A DNA stretch of 64,000 nucleotides from Phaeosaccion multiseriatum. Lineage: Eukaryota > Protista > Ochrophyta, other classes. The notes beneath the pieces are model-generated. The model saw only the letters and a program-made list of their open reading frames with translations, was not told the DNA's origin and did no database searches. The position numbers were made by a program, and so were the translations under genes. The DNA lies in assembly GCA_965112735.1 (NCBI GenBank), contig OZ218964.1, forward strand, positions 1,860,001 through 1,924,000, read 5' to 3'. Shown piece by piece: positions 38,384 through 53,344 of the stretch; the first letter of the stretch is position 1, and every line of letters begins with the position of its first letter.

Positions 38384-39732
38384 ATGATGAGTATGCGGAT
38401 TGCTGCCAGACGAGCCTTCGTGTCGCTGCGCTTGGCGCGGAATCGGGGACCCTTGCCAGCCCTGCCTCACGCCGGCTTGTACATGGCAGGTGCCCTCACG
38501 ACGGGTGCGGTGTGCAAGCCCGCATGCCGGACGCTCTGCTCGGCGAGTTCTCTCGATGGGAACCTTGGCTCTGCCGAGAGTCAGCTCAGCCAGAGTGACA
38601 TTATGATATACCAGTATAAGATTTGTCCGTTCTGCAACAAGGTCAAGGCCGTGCTGGACTACTTAAAGGTGCGGCCAGTTCTCTCCGTTTCTACCTGCCT
38701 CCTCGAGCATCCGCCCGAAACCAACTAATCCGCTCCACAACCCGCACGCCCCTGGTCCCATGCAGGTGCCCTACAACGTGACCGAAGTCAACCCCCTGAC
38801 CAAGAAGGAGCTCAAGTTCAGCGCAGACTACAAGAAGGTGCCTATTGTGCGCATCGACGGACACCACCACAGGGACTCCAGCGAGATTGTCAACGTAAGG
38901 CTTCGGGGGCTGAGGGTGGGTTGGGACAGCCGTGAGTGCAGGACACACACCGCACGCAAGTGGGCATATCATGTCATGCCCCCCCCCCCTTTTTCTTTGC
39001 GTTTCTCTGCTCTGCCACATAAGACCATTATAGGAAAGCTCTCCAAGCCAGAAGAGTTGGGCGAGTTCTACAGCAAGGAGGCGCAAGAGTGGATGGCGTG
39101 GGCAGACTCCAAGCTTGCGGTCTTGCTCTTTCCCAACATCACGCGGTCATTTGGCGAGTCTTACCAGGCCTTTAGTTACGTCGAGGTGAGCACAATAGTG
39201 GGCCTGCTTGTCCTATTTGTGCATAGTTGTGGCGGCCTGTAGACCCCCCCCCCCCCCCTTTAATGTCCCAAAACACGTTGCTTGGATGCTCAGTCGGTGG
39301 ACTCTTTCAGCGCGTTGGACAAGCTGTCGAATAGGGTTGTGGGCAGCACAGCCATGTGGCTCGCGCAGGGCAAGATCAAGGCCAAGTACGCAATCGAAGA
39401 CGAGAGGGAGGCCCTGGTCACCGCCCTCAGGGAGTGGATCGCACAACTGCAAGACAAGAAGTTTGCCGGTGAGCCTGGTAGTCACGTACTTAAGTCACTT
39501 TCCCTTTTTTTCTCTCTCTTGATGTACTAATAAATGTCTATTTTATGTTTGTTTGTGTGTCGTCTCCCACATAATACTAGGGGGAGACAAGCCGCACGTG
39601 GGCGACATTAGTGTGTACGCCTGTCTCAAAGCCATTGAGGGGCTTGATACCCACAAAGAAGTGCTCCAACACGACGACGTGCTACGCCAGTGGTACGTCA
39701 GAATGGACGAAACAATGGCCGCCAGACAATAG
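38384..39732 (+). CDS. PTGES2: Prostaglandin E synthase 2-like (glutaredoxin/GST fold)
   Basis: IYQYKICPFCNKVKAVLDY, EVNPLTKKELKFSADYKKVPI, WMAWADSKLAVLLFPNITRSFGESYQAFSY, GGDKPHVGDISVY. Confidence 0.92.
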
Positions 39733-39789
39733 AGTCCCGAAATGAACAGCAAGAATACCAAATTAAAAAAAGAAACTTTGGCACACAAT

Positions 39790-41738
39790 CTACTTTTTCT
39801 TCTGACCGAAAACAGATTTTACGTCTTTCACCACCTCCTTCTCCAGCCCCACTACATCCTTCACCACCTCTTTCTCCAGCCCCACTACATCCTTCACTAC
39901 CTCCTTCTCAATCCCTACGACGTCTTTCACCACCTCCTTCTCAAGCTTCTGCACGTCCTTCTCGAGCTCCTTCTCCAGCGTCTGTTCGTACTCAAGGGAC
40001 AGCTTCTCGAGCTGCTCCAGCGCCCGAGCCGCCCCCTTGCCCGTCTGCTCAATCTCGCTCAGCCCGACCCCCCGCACCGAGGTAAGCTCCTTGGCAAGCA
40101 CATCCCCCTCCGTCATCAAGAGCTTGTTCGCGTACTGGGCGCGCAGCACACTTGAGGATGCGTCCTGTGGTTTGCAACTGTTGTCGGTTGGCGTGAAATC
40201 TTTCCACTGCCACCTGCTCGTGTTTTCGAGGTAGCCAAACGCGAGGGGGGGCAAAGTAGCTTAGCTTCGTTCGTGGGGTTGCTACCAGAAAAGTGGTACT
40301 TTGGCCATAGCGTCCTTGAGCATTTCTAAACCCAGAAGCAGCCCTCCGCCTCACACCAAACCTCTTCGGGACTTACCCGACGTTGGCCTTTGCCATGGCC
40401 TTCTCCAACCTTGGCACAAGCCTCTGAGGCAGCTCAGCCTCCCTCGTGTACAAGGTTGCGCCTCCGTAGCCCACCCATGCGTCGTTCTGCCCGCGATAGT
40501 AGATCAGGACAAAGTCGTTGGGCTCCGAATCAAGAATGTACCAATCGTCCTAGGAGGGTGTACAGCAGAGAGCCAACAGAAAGACTGGGGGTAAGTGGGC
40601 GGTTCGCAAAGATTGGCGCACGAACTGTCCGGGAGGGAGGGGAGCTATGGTCCGAAAGTAGTCACCCCACTCAGCCTCGCACTAAAGAGACATCCCTTGA
40701 AATCAGTACCTGGTAGTGGAGGTAGTCGTTGTCGTGGTTAAGGAGAATGGCGGGGTTCTCCTTAGTTTGCACAAACTTTTGGACCACATTCCTCTGAAAG
40801 AACTCCCCGTCTGGCTCATTGACGCGCCAGTTAATCTTGGCAAACACCTTGCCAGGCTCGGGCGATGCGAAGAAGTGGGCTTGGCAATCGAAGCAATCAA
40901 ACAGCGGGTTGAGCCCAGCCGTGATATACCATCTGCCGTCAAAGGTCTTGACATCAAACTTGCTCACCAGCGCCTCCGCTGCCGGCACCGGATAGCTCCC
41001 ATCATCCTTCTTCTGCGGCACACACTTCTTCTGTGACACGGCACATGTGTTGAACTCCCCAATCGTGGGCGACTCAAACGTATCGCCGCATTTGATCTGG
41101 CACTCAGTCTCGTTTGGTGAGGAAGCACAGTTGTTTAGACACACCAGATTACTCAGGCACACCGGAGACAGCACACACTTGGCTAGCTCCACCTTGCAGC
41201 TCTTCAGGAGGCACACCAGCGTCTCCTTGCTCTCTTCCACCGAGCCAGCATAGGACGCTGGTGGACCAAACAGCCCCCCGCCTCCCTGTTGGCAGCAGAT
41301 GAGACAAACCGGCACACAGAAGCGTTAATAAGACAGAGCCCGAGCAACAGCTTGGACAAGGAAGAGTAAAGAGGACCACCGTGCACTTACCATGAGCATC
41401 AATCCCACCATCATGCCTGCCAGGAACTTGCGCGTCGAGTCGGGCACGAAGCTGGGTAACAAGTCACCCTCTCGATCCGTTTCTCCTTCCTGCTGCTGTT
41501 GCTGCTCGATCCCGCTGCTGCTCTCGCTGCTACCATCGCTACGGGCGACGCCCCTTCTGCTGCTGCTCCTGCCGCTCCTGCTGCTACTGCTGCTGTCCAT
41601 GCCATTATAGTTTACAGCAGCAGGAAGCCTCCCTACGCACCCCCCTCTCCGCGCAACATGCACCGATGGGCAAAAGGCACTGGCCCAGTCACCCAGAACC
41701 GCTATGCAAACGAGTACAAGCCCTCGCTGTACCATCAT
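39790..41738 (-). CDS. VDE: Violaxanthin de-epoxidase with bipartite plastid-targeting presequence
   Basis: Signal peptide followed by ASAFCP; Cys-rich domain (CLLKSCKVELAKC...ETECQIKCGD); lipocalin domain (WYITAGLNPLFDCFDCQ, NHDNDYLHYQDDWYIL, YYRGQNDAW.GYGG); Glu-rich tail. Confidence 0.95.
39814..39978 (-). repeat. 5 x 33-bp coding repeat (LEKEVVKDVVG) in the VDE C-terminus
   Basis: Visible in ORF 39790..40254 and in the DNA. Confidence 0.9.
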
Positions 41739-41845
41739 GTCCAGCGGTCCCAATTTGTTTTGTTCACCATTCCTCGATGCGCATTCGTCGACTCACAGAT
41801 GGTTATGGTATTCTAAGTTCAACACAAGGGAAAGGAGTGAAAGAG

Positions 41846-43724
41846 ATGGGTACACGGCGGCTCTACAGCGTCCGAAAACGGCCTGCTGCTGCTGTGCGGG
41901 TACTCTATTCCGACTGCCATGGCAGGCAGCGGCCTCTGCACGAACTGTACTTTTCTGGCGACAGTAAGCGCCTTGTGAGCGACCACATCGAGGGACTTGC
42001 CCAAGAGCTGGAAGCCTGGTACTGCCCCCACTGCAACGCCTACTACAACAAAAAGATGGAGAGAGAGGCTCTTTCGCACAGAAACATGCAAGTGGCAAGC
42101 AATTGAGATGTGGCGGTGTGTGGGTGTGAATGTTGGTTGCTCACTAGAACAGACCCTCCACCAACGCAGGTGTCCGACGTGCCTGGAGTGCCCGTCGTGC
42201 GCCTCCGTGTTGGGGATAATGGAGCTTGACCCATCGCGGAAGGAGGGGGGCGGCGGACCCCAATACTGCTTCGGGTGCTCTTTCTGCCGCTGGACGAGCG
42301 AGGCTGTCGGCTTGGTGGACGCTGACCCGGCTTCGGTGCCCATGGCGGCAGCCTTGTGGGAAAGAGAAGACCCCGAGCTGCTCCATTTCAAGCAGCAGTA
42401 AGTACTTTCGGATTATAATAGCGTGATGATGTGCATCTGACGCTCCCTCCCTCCCCCCCCCCGAACCAATTGAGAAGGCGGATGGTGTCGCCCCCGGCAA
42501 ACACTTCTGTTTCGAGTGAGAAGGCCAAATGGCACATATCCGACTTGGAGGAGAAGCTTCAAACAACTGCCCGCCAAGTTTCCCAAGCAGTTTGGCGAGA
42601 GGCCAGTCTCCGAGCAGGCCAAGAGGGAGAGGATGACCAACCTCCACCGGAACTGTTCTGGAGGGGTGCGAGCTCGCGGATACAGGGTGAGCTGGCCGGC
42701 TCCAGGGCGCGGAGAGCGTACCAATTCGTGCCAGGTAAGTGATACAGACTCACTAGTCCACAAGCACCATATCTCTTGACCTATGCTTTGTACATATTAC
42801 TCGTGCACCTCCCGCAGCTGGCACACAGTCGCGTTTCTTGAGGCCGCAGAGAGTACTGCTGCGCACAAAGCGCATCAAGAGGTGCAGACAAGACCTCACC
42901 GAGGGGCGCACAGGCCTCCTCATCAAACCTCAGGTATGTACTGCGTGTGTGTTGGTCAGAGTGCTTGGCAGGGAGTCGCTCACCCCCCCAAAGGCCTATC
43001 CCTTGCAGGGCGATTCGAGCCGGAGCGACGCCGTTGGGAAGTGGTTCCAGAAAGACTCGAGGTGAGGAGAGGATGTGCCCATATGCCTTCGGCGAGAAAG
43101 GAAGGGATCATTCGCTCAAGCGCACGCATCCCCTTCTGCAGTGCTGTATTGTATGTGCCCAGGATATCAGTCACCAAACTCCCCTCATGGGAGAGTGTGA
43201 CACTGGGCCAACCAGCTACCCTGATTCTTCGCGTCGACGGCAGTCCAGACGCTGCTGTGCGCTTGTCCATCAAGCCACCCCCCGCCCCCATGGAGGTGGA
43301 GGATATGACCACAGAGGATACAACCACCTCCATTCAGTTGCAAATGGATGGCTGGGCCACCGCTGGCAGCCGTGGTGTCTTTGTGGACAAGCTGGAGGAC
43401 GAGGTGTTCTCCGAAATCGACAGCTCTGCGCCCCCTTTCCTGGAGGTCGTCGCACAGGAGAAGCCGCAGCCCGCCGAGCAGCTGCTGTTGCAGAGGAGGA
43501 AGCACACCGTTTGGCTGAGCCTGCCCGTGCACCTTCCCCAGGACGTGCAGAGCCCATCCACCGTCCAAATAGCTTCGGTCTCCTTCGGCATGCACCTGGC
43601 GCAGGTCCTAGACGAGGAGGACGAGGGAGGTGACGCTGCTGACCAGAGCGACTTCCACGTCACTGTCAGCTTCTCTGTTGGGGGGGGGGTGGGGGGTGGA
43701 GGGGCCGCCGCCGTGACTATCTGA
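41846..43724 (+). CDS. DCTN4: Dynactin p62 subunit
   Basis: LHELYF...IEGLAQELEAWYCPHC, CPTCLECPSCASVL, CSFCRWTS, PQRVLLRTKRIKRCR...LLIKPQ, AVLYVPRI. Confidence 0.85.
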
Positions 43725-43994
43725 GATCCAGCGCTAAAATAAAACACTTGTCCCTCACCTTGCCAATCGCCTTTGGCGGCTACTGGAGCTCTACATTCTA
43801 CTCATATCGCCGATCCATGTTTCGTACCCATCGGCTGCCATCCCTCCCCTCTCACGCACACACACACAATTTCAGTTTCTTAGGTGATTCCTATGTCAAA
43901 ACAACTGTACATCCATCCCCGGCCTCCCCTCCTCTTCCCCCTCATTGCCTTGGACGATCGCGCCTTGAGGAAGCAGATAACAGCTCAGCTCACA

Positions 43995-44923
43995 ATGAGC
44001 GGCAACGAGGGAGGGGCGGGTGGACTAGAGGAGTACTGCATCCTGTCGCGCAGCTCCAAGGGCCGGGCGAGTGTGGCACTGATCAAGCAGGTCCTTGGCG
44101 CTAAGAACATCTTTGTGTTCGGAGAGCTGCTGGACACCCCCAATGTGCAGGCTCTCCGAGGCACCGAGCATGAGCCCTGGCTGCGGCTGCTCGAAGTCTT
44201 CGCCTACAAGACGCTTATGGAATACGAAGCCGAGAAGAAGTCTCTCCCCCCGCTCTCACCAGCGTACGCTCAGAAGCTTCGGATGTTGAGCATCATTTCC
44301 GTGTCGCAAAGGATGCAGGTGGTGCCCTACTCCCTCTTGCTTGAACAGCTGCGGCTGGAGAGCATTCGCCAGCTGGAGGACATTATAATTGATACCATCT
44401 ACGCGGGGCTGATCCAGGGCAAGCTGAATCAAATGGACGGGGCGCTCAAGGTCAAGTACGCCGTGGCGCGGGATGTGAGAGTGGAGGAGGTGGGGGACTT
44501 GCTGACGAAGCTCACGACGTGGGAAACGACGGTGCAGGTACGCGCAAGTTGTTGTGCAAGTGGTGGGACTTTTGATCTGTGTGCCTTGTGTGCCTATTGC
44601 CCCCTCCCCGGGCAACCCTTCAGGTTGTTGATGACTGTTGTTTGTTTGCTTGTTCATGTTCCCACGCACAGGGTATGCTTTCTACCCTAGGAGAGGCAGC
44701 GACCATAGCAGCGGACAAGCGCGTGGCGGGTGAGAATCGAAGGAAGAGCGTGGACGAGAAGAAAAAGCAAGTGAGGAAGGGACTGAAGGACAGCCGAATG
44801 ATGGACGACGGGATGACGGGCGAGTACGGGGGATACGACGACGAGGATATGGATTCGGACCGGCCGCGAAGGCTTGGGCGAGGGAAACGGATCCGTGGCT
44901 TCGAAGGTCGCCATAGGAGATAA
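43995..44923 (+). CDS. CSN7: COP9 signalosome subunit 7 (PCI domain)
   Basis: SSKGRASVALIKQVLGAKNIFVFGELLDTPNV, LLEVFAY, IRQLEDIIIDTIYAGLIQGKLNQ, ARDVR, LTTW. Confidence 0.9.
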
Positions 44924-44965
44924 CGGAAGATTTAGGATACCATACAGTACGATGGTTGTAATTAA

Positions 44966-47655
44966 TTAAGGGTGTACATAGATTGGTGGGGCCGTCTGGC
45001 CGCCCTCTCCGCGGACCATTGCCATGAGCTCCGTGGCGCTCGCCCTGTGTTGCGCATTCCTCTTTGCGCTGTCCACGCGTTGGAGACTCGCCAGCTGCGC
45101 AAACTGCACCGCCTGCTCCAAGCTCACCTTCCCGTCTCGCCAAATGGAGGCGAGCACCATGCCTCCTGCGAAGGCATCTCCGGCCCCATTCGAGTTGGCA
45201 GAGCTACCCGGGGAGAGAGCAAAGGCCGGGAGGGTCGCCTTCTTGCCAGCCCACTCAGCAGGCAGATTCTTCGATGCATGGCAATTCTCCGCGACCTGCA
45301 CGTGGGCTCCCTTGGTGCCCATGGTAATGGCCACCAGCCCCACTCCTCGCTGGATGAACCACTGCGCCAGAGTGGCCGCGTCCGAGGATTCAACTCCTGA
45401 CATGGACTTGGCTTCGTCCAGATTGGCGTGGAGTATGCCGATACACGGGTACGCCTGCCCGATAATGGACTCATGGTCTTGCTTCTTGCTATCCTCTCCG
45501 GTCTCGACTCCATTCACGTCTACACTAATCACCGCTCCCGCCAGCATATCCTTTGCTCGCTCCAAAAACCCTTTCAAGGCTGCGCCCTGCAAGCCAGGAG
45601 TGAGGTGAGGGTACCCGTAATGAAGGGCCGAGATTGGAGCGGGGTCTGCGGAAACCAACTCGGCAAGCTTGTCCACGACTTGCTGGGCCTCCAGCGTGGT
45701 GTTGGCCGCCAAATTGGCGTAGCAGCCCCTGCCCCCGTCGGAGAAGATGGGGAGCACTGCGAGAGAGGTCTGATCCGAGGCGCTCCGAATGACGTGGGTG
45801 CAATCCACCCCCGCTGCCTCCATCTGCCCCACAAGCTCCTCTGCATTGGAGTCTTGCCCCACCTTGGTCACCGCGAGCACCCCCGGCACCCCCAGGAAGC
45901 CCAAAGACGAAGCTGTCTGCGGGCAACTGGTGGTCGTGGTGGAGGTTTGGTGATGGTGGGGGTGTTGGTTTGGATGTATACTATCCTCTTGGCAGCACAC
46001 AAGCATGCTCTATCCGCCTCGCACGCACCTGCCACCCGCGAGGTACTCGATGGCCGAGAATGTGTTGATTGATTCATCCACTGCCTTCCCCGCCCCCCCT
46101 GTACTTCCCACAAGCTCCATGTCGAGGCAGCTCACCCCAGCGCACACCACGCGCCCTGTTACGCAAGACTTCTTCGTTGCGGAGTGATGTGAAGGGGAAG
46201 GTGTGGTAGCCGCGAGTGCCTTTTCCAACTCCTGCATCTGATGGAAAAAGCCCGGATCGGTGCCTTTCGCGCCTCCTTCAGGAACCTTGTAGTGGGGGGG
46301 GGGGGGGAAGGAAGCGGCATCACTCTCACTCACTCATCACAAGAACAATTGCACGCAAAGAAAAAGACACAAATGCGTATGCTTTTCTTACCTTGAAGAG
46401 ATAGGCCAGCGCTCTCGAGACAACAGGCTGCGGGGTGAGGCAGCGACTGAAGTAATCTGTCCACACTGCGCAGTCTATCATGAGCGGGACGCAGAGCACG
46501 CTGTCCATACACCGTGTGTAGGTGAGCATGGTGTGTGGGCTGCCCATAAAACCCAACGAGGTGTACTCCACAATGTCTCGCTTGTCGTCGCCAATGAGCG
46601 GCATGTACATGACCCGCACCTGGTGGTCAATGTCCTCCTCCCAGCTCTGGAAGATGTCCTTCTTCACCCTCATTTTGGCGTCGAGAGTCTTCTTGGTGGT
46701 GAGGTTGAGCATGTCATTGTTGCCTAGGTGGTTGCTGGAGGCAATGTTCCTAGGCTGCAGGCCCAGTGCCCGAATGTACTCCACGGCGGCCGTCTTGAAC
46801 TTGGTTTGGCCTGCTTTGAAGTCCGTGCCGAGCATGTAGCATCCCTTGGCGTCGGCCAGGAGCTCAAGGGCGGGACACATGGTGTTCTGGCTACCTCCAT
46901 TGACAAAAGAGCAGCCCTCCAGCACGGCTGCAGTGGCATAGAGCACACTAGGACTCACCTAGGTACCATGTGTTTGCGACATCGAGTGAGTCACTAACCC
47001 CTATTTCCTGTTTAAAGCAGAGAAAGCAACACCTCACCTCTTTATCATTGGCCGTTATTGCTGCCATGAGCTCCTCGGGCGTGGTGAAGAGGCGCTCCAT
47101 CGGCCTTTCTACGCTTGCGCTCCAAATCACTGTGGTGTGTCCCGTGACTCCATTGTCCGCCACAAAGCGGCGAATGTCAGCCCGCAGATGCGCCAGCTTG
47201 TCTGCCTGAGTAGCACAATCCGCGACATGTGTCGCTGACTCGTACTGAGATTCCCCAATAAAGTCTGCGTCCCAAATCCCCTTCATGACGGTACATTGGT
47301 TCATCTCCTCTCGGACTTGCCGCACGAGGTCGTAGTCCAAGATGCGGTATTCATAGAGCCCGTCCCCCAAAGGAGTGGATCGGATATCCCACCCGCCCAC
47401 GGCAGCCTTCTCCACATCTGCCAACGCATGTCGCTCGCGGTAGCCTCCCTTGCCGCCCTTGCTGGGCAGCTGAGTGATGCAGCCATTCCAATTCGCTTGG
47501 AGCCGGCAATGAGAGCCCTCCCACTCGAGTGCTTGCCGGTTGGCGAGTAGTCCAGCCAGCAAGGTCACCCCGTTGTTCCCAGCAAGCCCTACAACCAGTA
47601 CTCCGATCTTGCTGCTTACTCCTCCCTCCTCCGCCATTGTCTCGGAATCGTTCAT
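44966..47655 (-). CDS. Fusion protein (~800 aa): myo-inositol-1-phosphate-synthase-like domain plus PfkB-family carbohydrate kinase
   Basis: Exons 47655-47038, 46958-46392, 46285-46029 and 45926-44966 join in phase through GT-AG introns. MIPS motifs: [31 protein letters not shown]. PfkB motifs: [35 protein letters not shown]. Confidence 0.88.
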
Positions 47656-47693
47656 GTAGACTTCGCGCCGGATTGGTATTGCTGACTTATGTC

Positions 47694-47805
47694 ACACACT
47701 CACACACTCCCTCACTCACCCACCTTGCCCCCTCACCCCTTACTTACTTCCCCTCTCACTCACTCATATACTCAGTCAGTCACGCACTCACTCACTCACT
47801 CACTC
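47694..47805. repeat. Degenerate (CACT)n microsatellite upstream of the MIPS-PfkB gene
   Basis: Direct reading. Confidence 0.7.
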
Positions 47806-47935
47806 TCCCTCCTGAGTGATTTGTGTGAGAGACTATAGTCAAGCGTCTAGTCTGCTCTGATGCCCCCCGCTGGCCTGAAAAGGTAGGCCTACTCGGGGTC
47901 GGGGTTCCAAAGACACAGTGTTACTAGTATCGTAT

Positions 47936-50060
47936 TTACATGGCCTCTAATGCTTGACGCTCCGAGGCTAACGCTGAGACTTCTTCTCTGAGAGAGCCTG
48001 CTTCACTCTTAAGGGAGGTCAAGAGGAGAGAAAGTGTCCCCATCTGGACTTGGATGGCTTCCAGTCTTTTCCCATCTCCCTCCATTTCCAAGCCTTCCGG
48101 TGTCTCCAAGTTTAGCTTTGGGAAGGACGAAGAAAGAAAGTGAGGGTCGTGGCCGTCTTCCTTGGCAGACGCCGTCTTGTCGTACCCGAGCACCTCTGCA
48201 TCTTTGTCTTGCTGCTCCCAATCGACTCCCTTGTCTGACCACAGCTCCAGCCTGAACCACTCTTCGCGGTCGCCGGGATGCAGGGTGCAAGGTACGATGA
48301 CAAATCTGCCCGAAGGCAGGACAATTTTGGACGCAAAGTGTCGTCCCAAGAAGAAGCAGTCTCCGTGCGCCACTACGTCTCGAGCATTAAACCTGCGTGT
48401 GAAAACAACAAGCACATACCAATTGACGCTTGAGTAGAGGCAGCGAGCATTTCAGTAGCAAGGTATGTTGACAACATCGTAGCTCCCTCTTCTACTACAG
48501 CTCGCTCTACTTCTTCACACTCCTCCTACCTTCGGGCACAACGATAAGAAAGGCTCTACTTCTAAAAAAACTACTCTCTCTTTACCTGGAAATGCGAGTC
48601 CCCGTTCCATGTATCCGTACCACAACGAAGCCGAGCCCACTCTGAAATCGATGCCGGACTCCCACCAAGGAGTCCATCCGAGCGGCGGCAGCGGAGAGGC
48701 TGCTGCTCCCTGTCCACAAGTGGTCTCTTCGGCTCATAGCCACCGTCAGCGTCGTATGGTTGTGCTCCACGACAAACGGGTATTGAGGGTTTGTCACGAA
48801 GGAGTCGTACCTGGGTCCTCCCCCGGCATTCGCCTTCAAGTCTCCAGGAAGCCACCTGCCCTTGTACATCGTGTGACTGGGTCGGTGTTCCGCCCCGCCT
48901 CCTTCCTCGCCGCCTACACCTTTTCGACTCCTCTTGCCTTCTCGGCGACTGGCACTTTCTTGATGAACAGCCTGTGCAGTGAAAACCAAAGAAAAGTGAA
49001 GAAGGACGTCTCGGAGAGACATCCAAAACGCTTTGCCCCCACCCCCGCTTTCTGGAAAGCCTTTGGGCCAGAGCTCAGCCCGAGCCTGCGGATACAAGCG
49101 CCAGAGCATGTCCTCGTTCGCCCAGTCCCCGGACCAGTCTCCACCTTCCCACGGGTTCCTTAATTTTACCAAAAAGTCTCTCAAGGCTCCTTGGAGAGCC
49201 GTGGCCTCCACCACGACCCATTTTGCTTCCACAAGGGGATAAGCGTGTGCGCTCTTTAGACCCCGAGCCTCCTCTTTGCAGTCAGCGGTCCGATAGCATG
49301 TCACAACGGACCGTCTCTTTAGATTCTCCTCCAGGGCCTGCGCGACCTCCTCAAGCCCTTTCTCATCCTTGCTCTCTCGCTCAGAGAGAACGGTTCTCAT
49401 GACGGGGAGGCCCGACAGGTCTCGTAAACCGTAGTCAACACAGCCGTGCGACAAGTTCTCGTAACAGCCCGAGAGCTTGGCATATGCCTTTTCAATCAAG
49501 GGGCCCCACGTCTCTCCACCCACTGAACCAGTGAAGGAATAGAGGGGCCTGCCTGCCCGGTCACATGGCAACCGATCATCAATGTGCACATAGCGCCATG
49601 CCCCCTCTTTAAAGAACTTCATTGTGTAGAGCCCCAACGATTCCCCATATACACTGCTCACCACGATCTGTTTCAAGACGGTGGGCTGAGCTGCAATCGA
49701 ATTCAATGCACTTATAAACCACCGGTTGGGAAGACCGCCCTGCCGCAAGTCTCCAAGCTGTTTGCACACCGCTGTACGATGGGGCTTGTTCTTCTTCTTT
49801 TCCTCCGGAAGAAAGATGGGACAATCATAGCCGCTGACCTCGAGGGCTGAGAGACGATTCCAGCACACTAATCCAGCCGGGAACGACGCGCGAGGAGGGT
49901 CCTGTGGGGTCCGATACAGAGCGGAAGGGCCGAAGAAGTGGACATCCTCAAAGGTAAGCAGCCCGGCCCGCTCCAGCTCCGCAGCAATATCCTCTTCCTT
50001 CTGGCACGCCTCGTCGTCGGTCGGATAGTCGCAGTAGAGTTGTCGACCAACTGTGCCCAT
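47936..50060 (-). CDS. Calpain-like protein (CysPc plus domain III and C-terminal coil); catalytic Cys position is Arg
   Basis: FEDVHF, LRQGGLPNRWFISAL, WRYVHIDDRLP, WGPLIEKAYAKLSGCYENL, HAY, LRNPW, NAGGG...NPQY, GRFVIVPCT. Confidence 0.88.
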
Positions 50061-50257
50061 GATAACCTCCAGCCTCGGGTGTTTTTATTTATGGAGGAAT
50101 GCGGGGCTTGACGGTTGAAGGCCATGCGCCATGCAGTGCCATCCTCGTATGTCAACGATTGACACCTGTTCGATTCCTCTTCGGGTCTTATCTCCTCCCT
50201 TTCATGCCGTATATGCTCCCCTCCTTCCTCCTCCCCCTCCTTGTGCTACTCGCCGCC

Positions 50258-53036
<2,779 letters not shown>

Positions 53037-53344
53037 TAGGGTAGGAACACTTTGGAAGGCGCCGCGAACATCACATTGACGACATACAACCCTGAGTTCC
53101 TGAGTGTTGTTCAAGTTAATAGAGAGCTTTTTTCCCCCTTAGTAGAGCGTAGACGGAGAAAAGAGAAAAAAAGGAGGGGAAAAAACGGCACAAAAAAAAA
53201 TATAAACGCGGGAAAAAGCAGTTTCCGTTTCAGTTTATGACCTCATTGACATATGAAGAAAGCCGTTGGTGATTTTTTTTTTTCGTTCCCTTTTCCTCCC
53301 TTTTCCATGGTACTGCAGCAGCTGCTGCGCTCTCCATCTAACCG

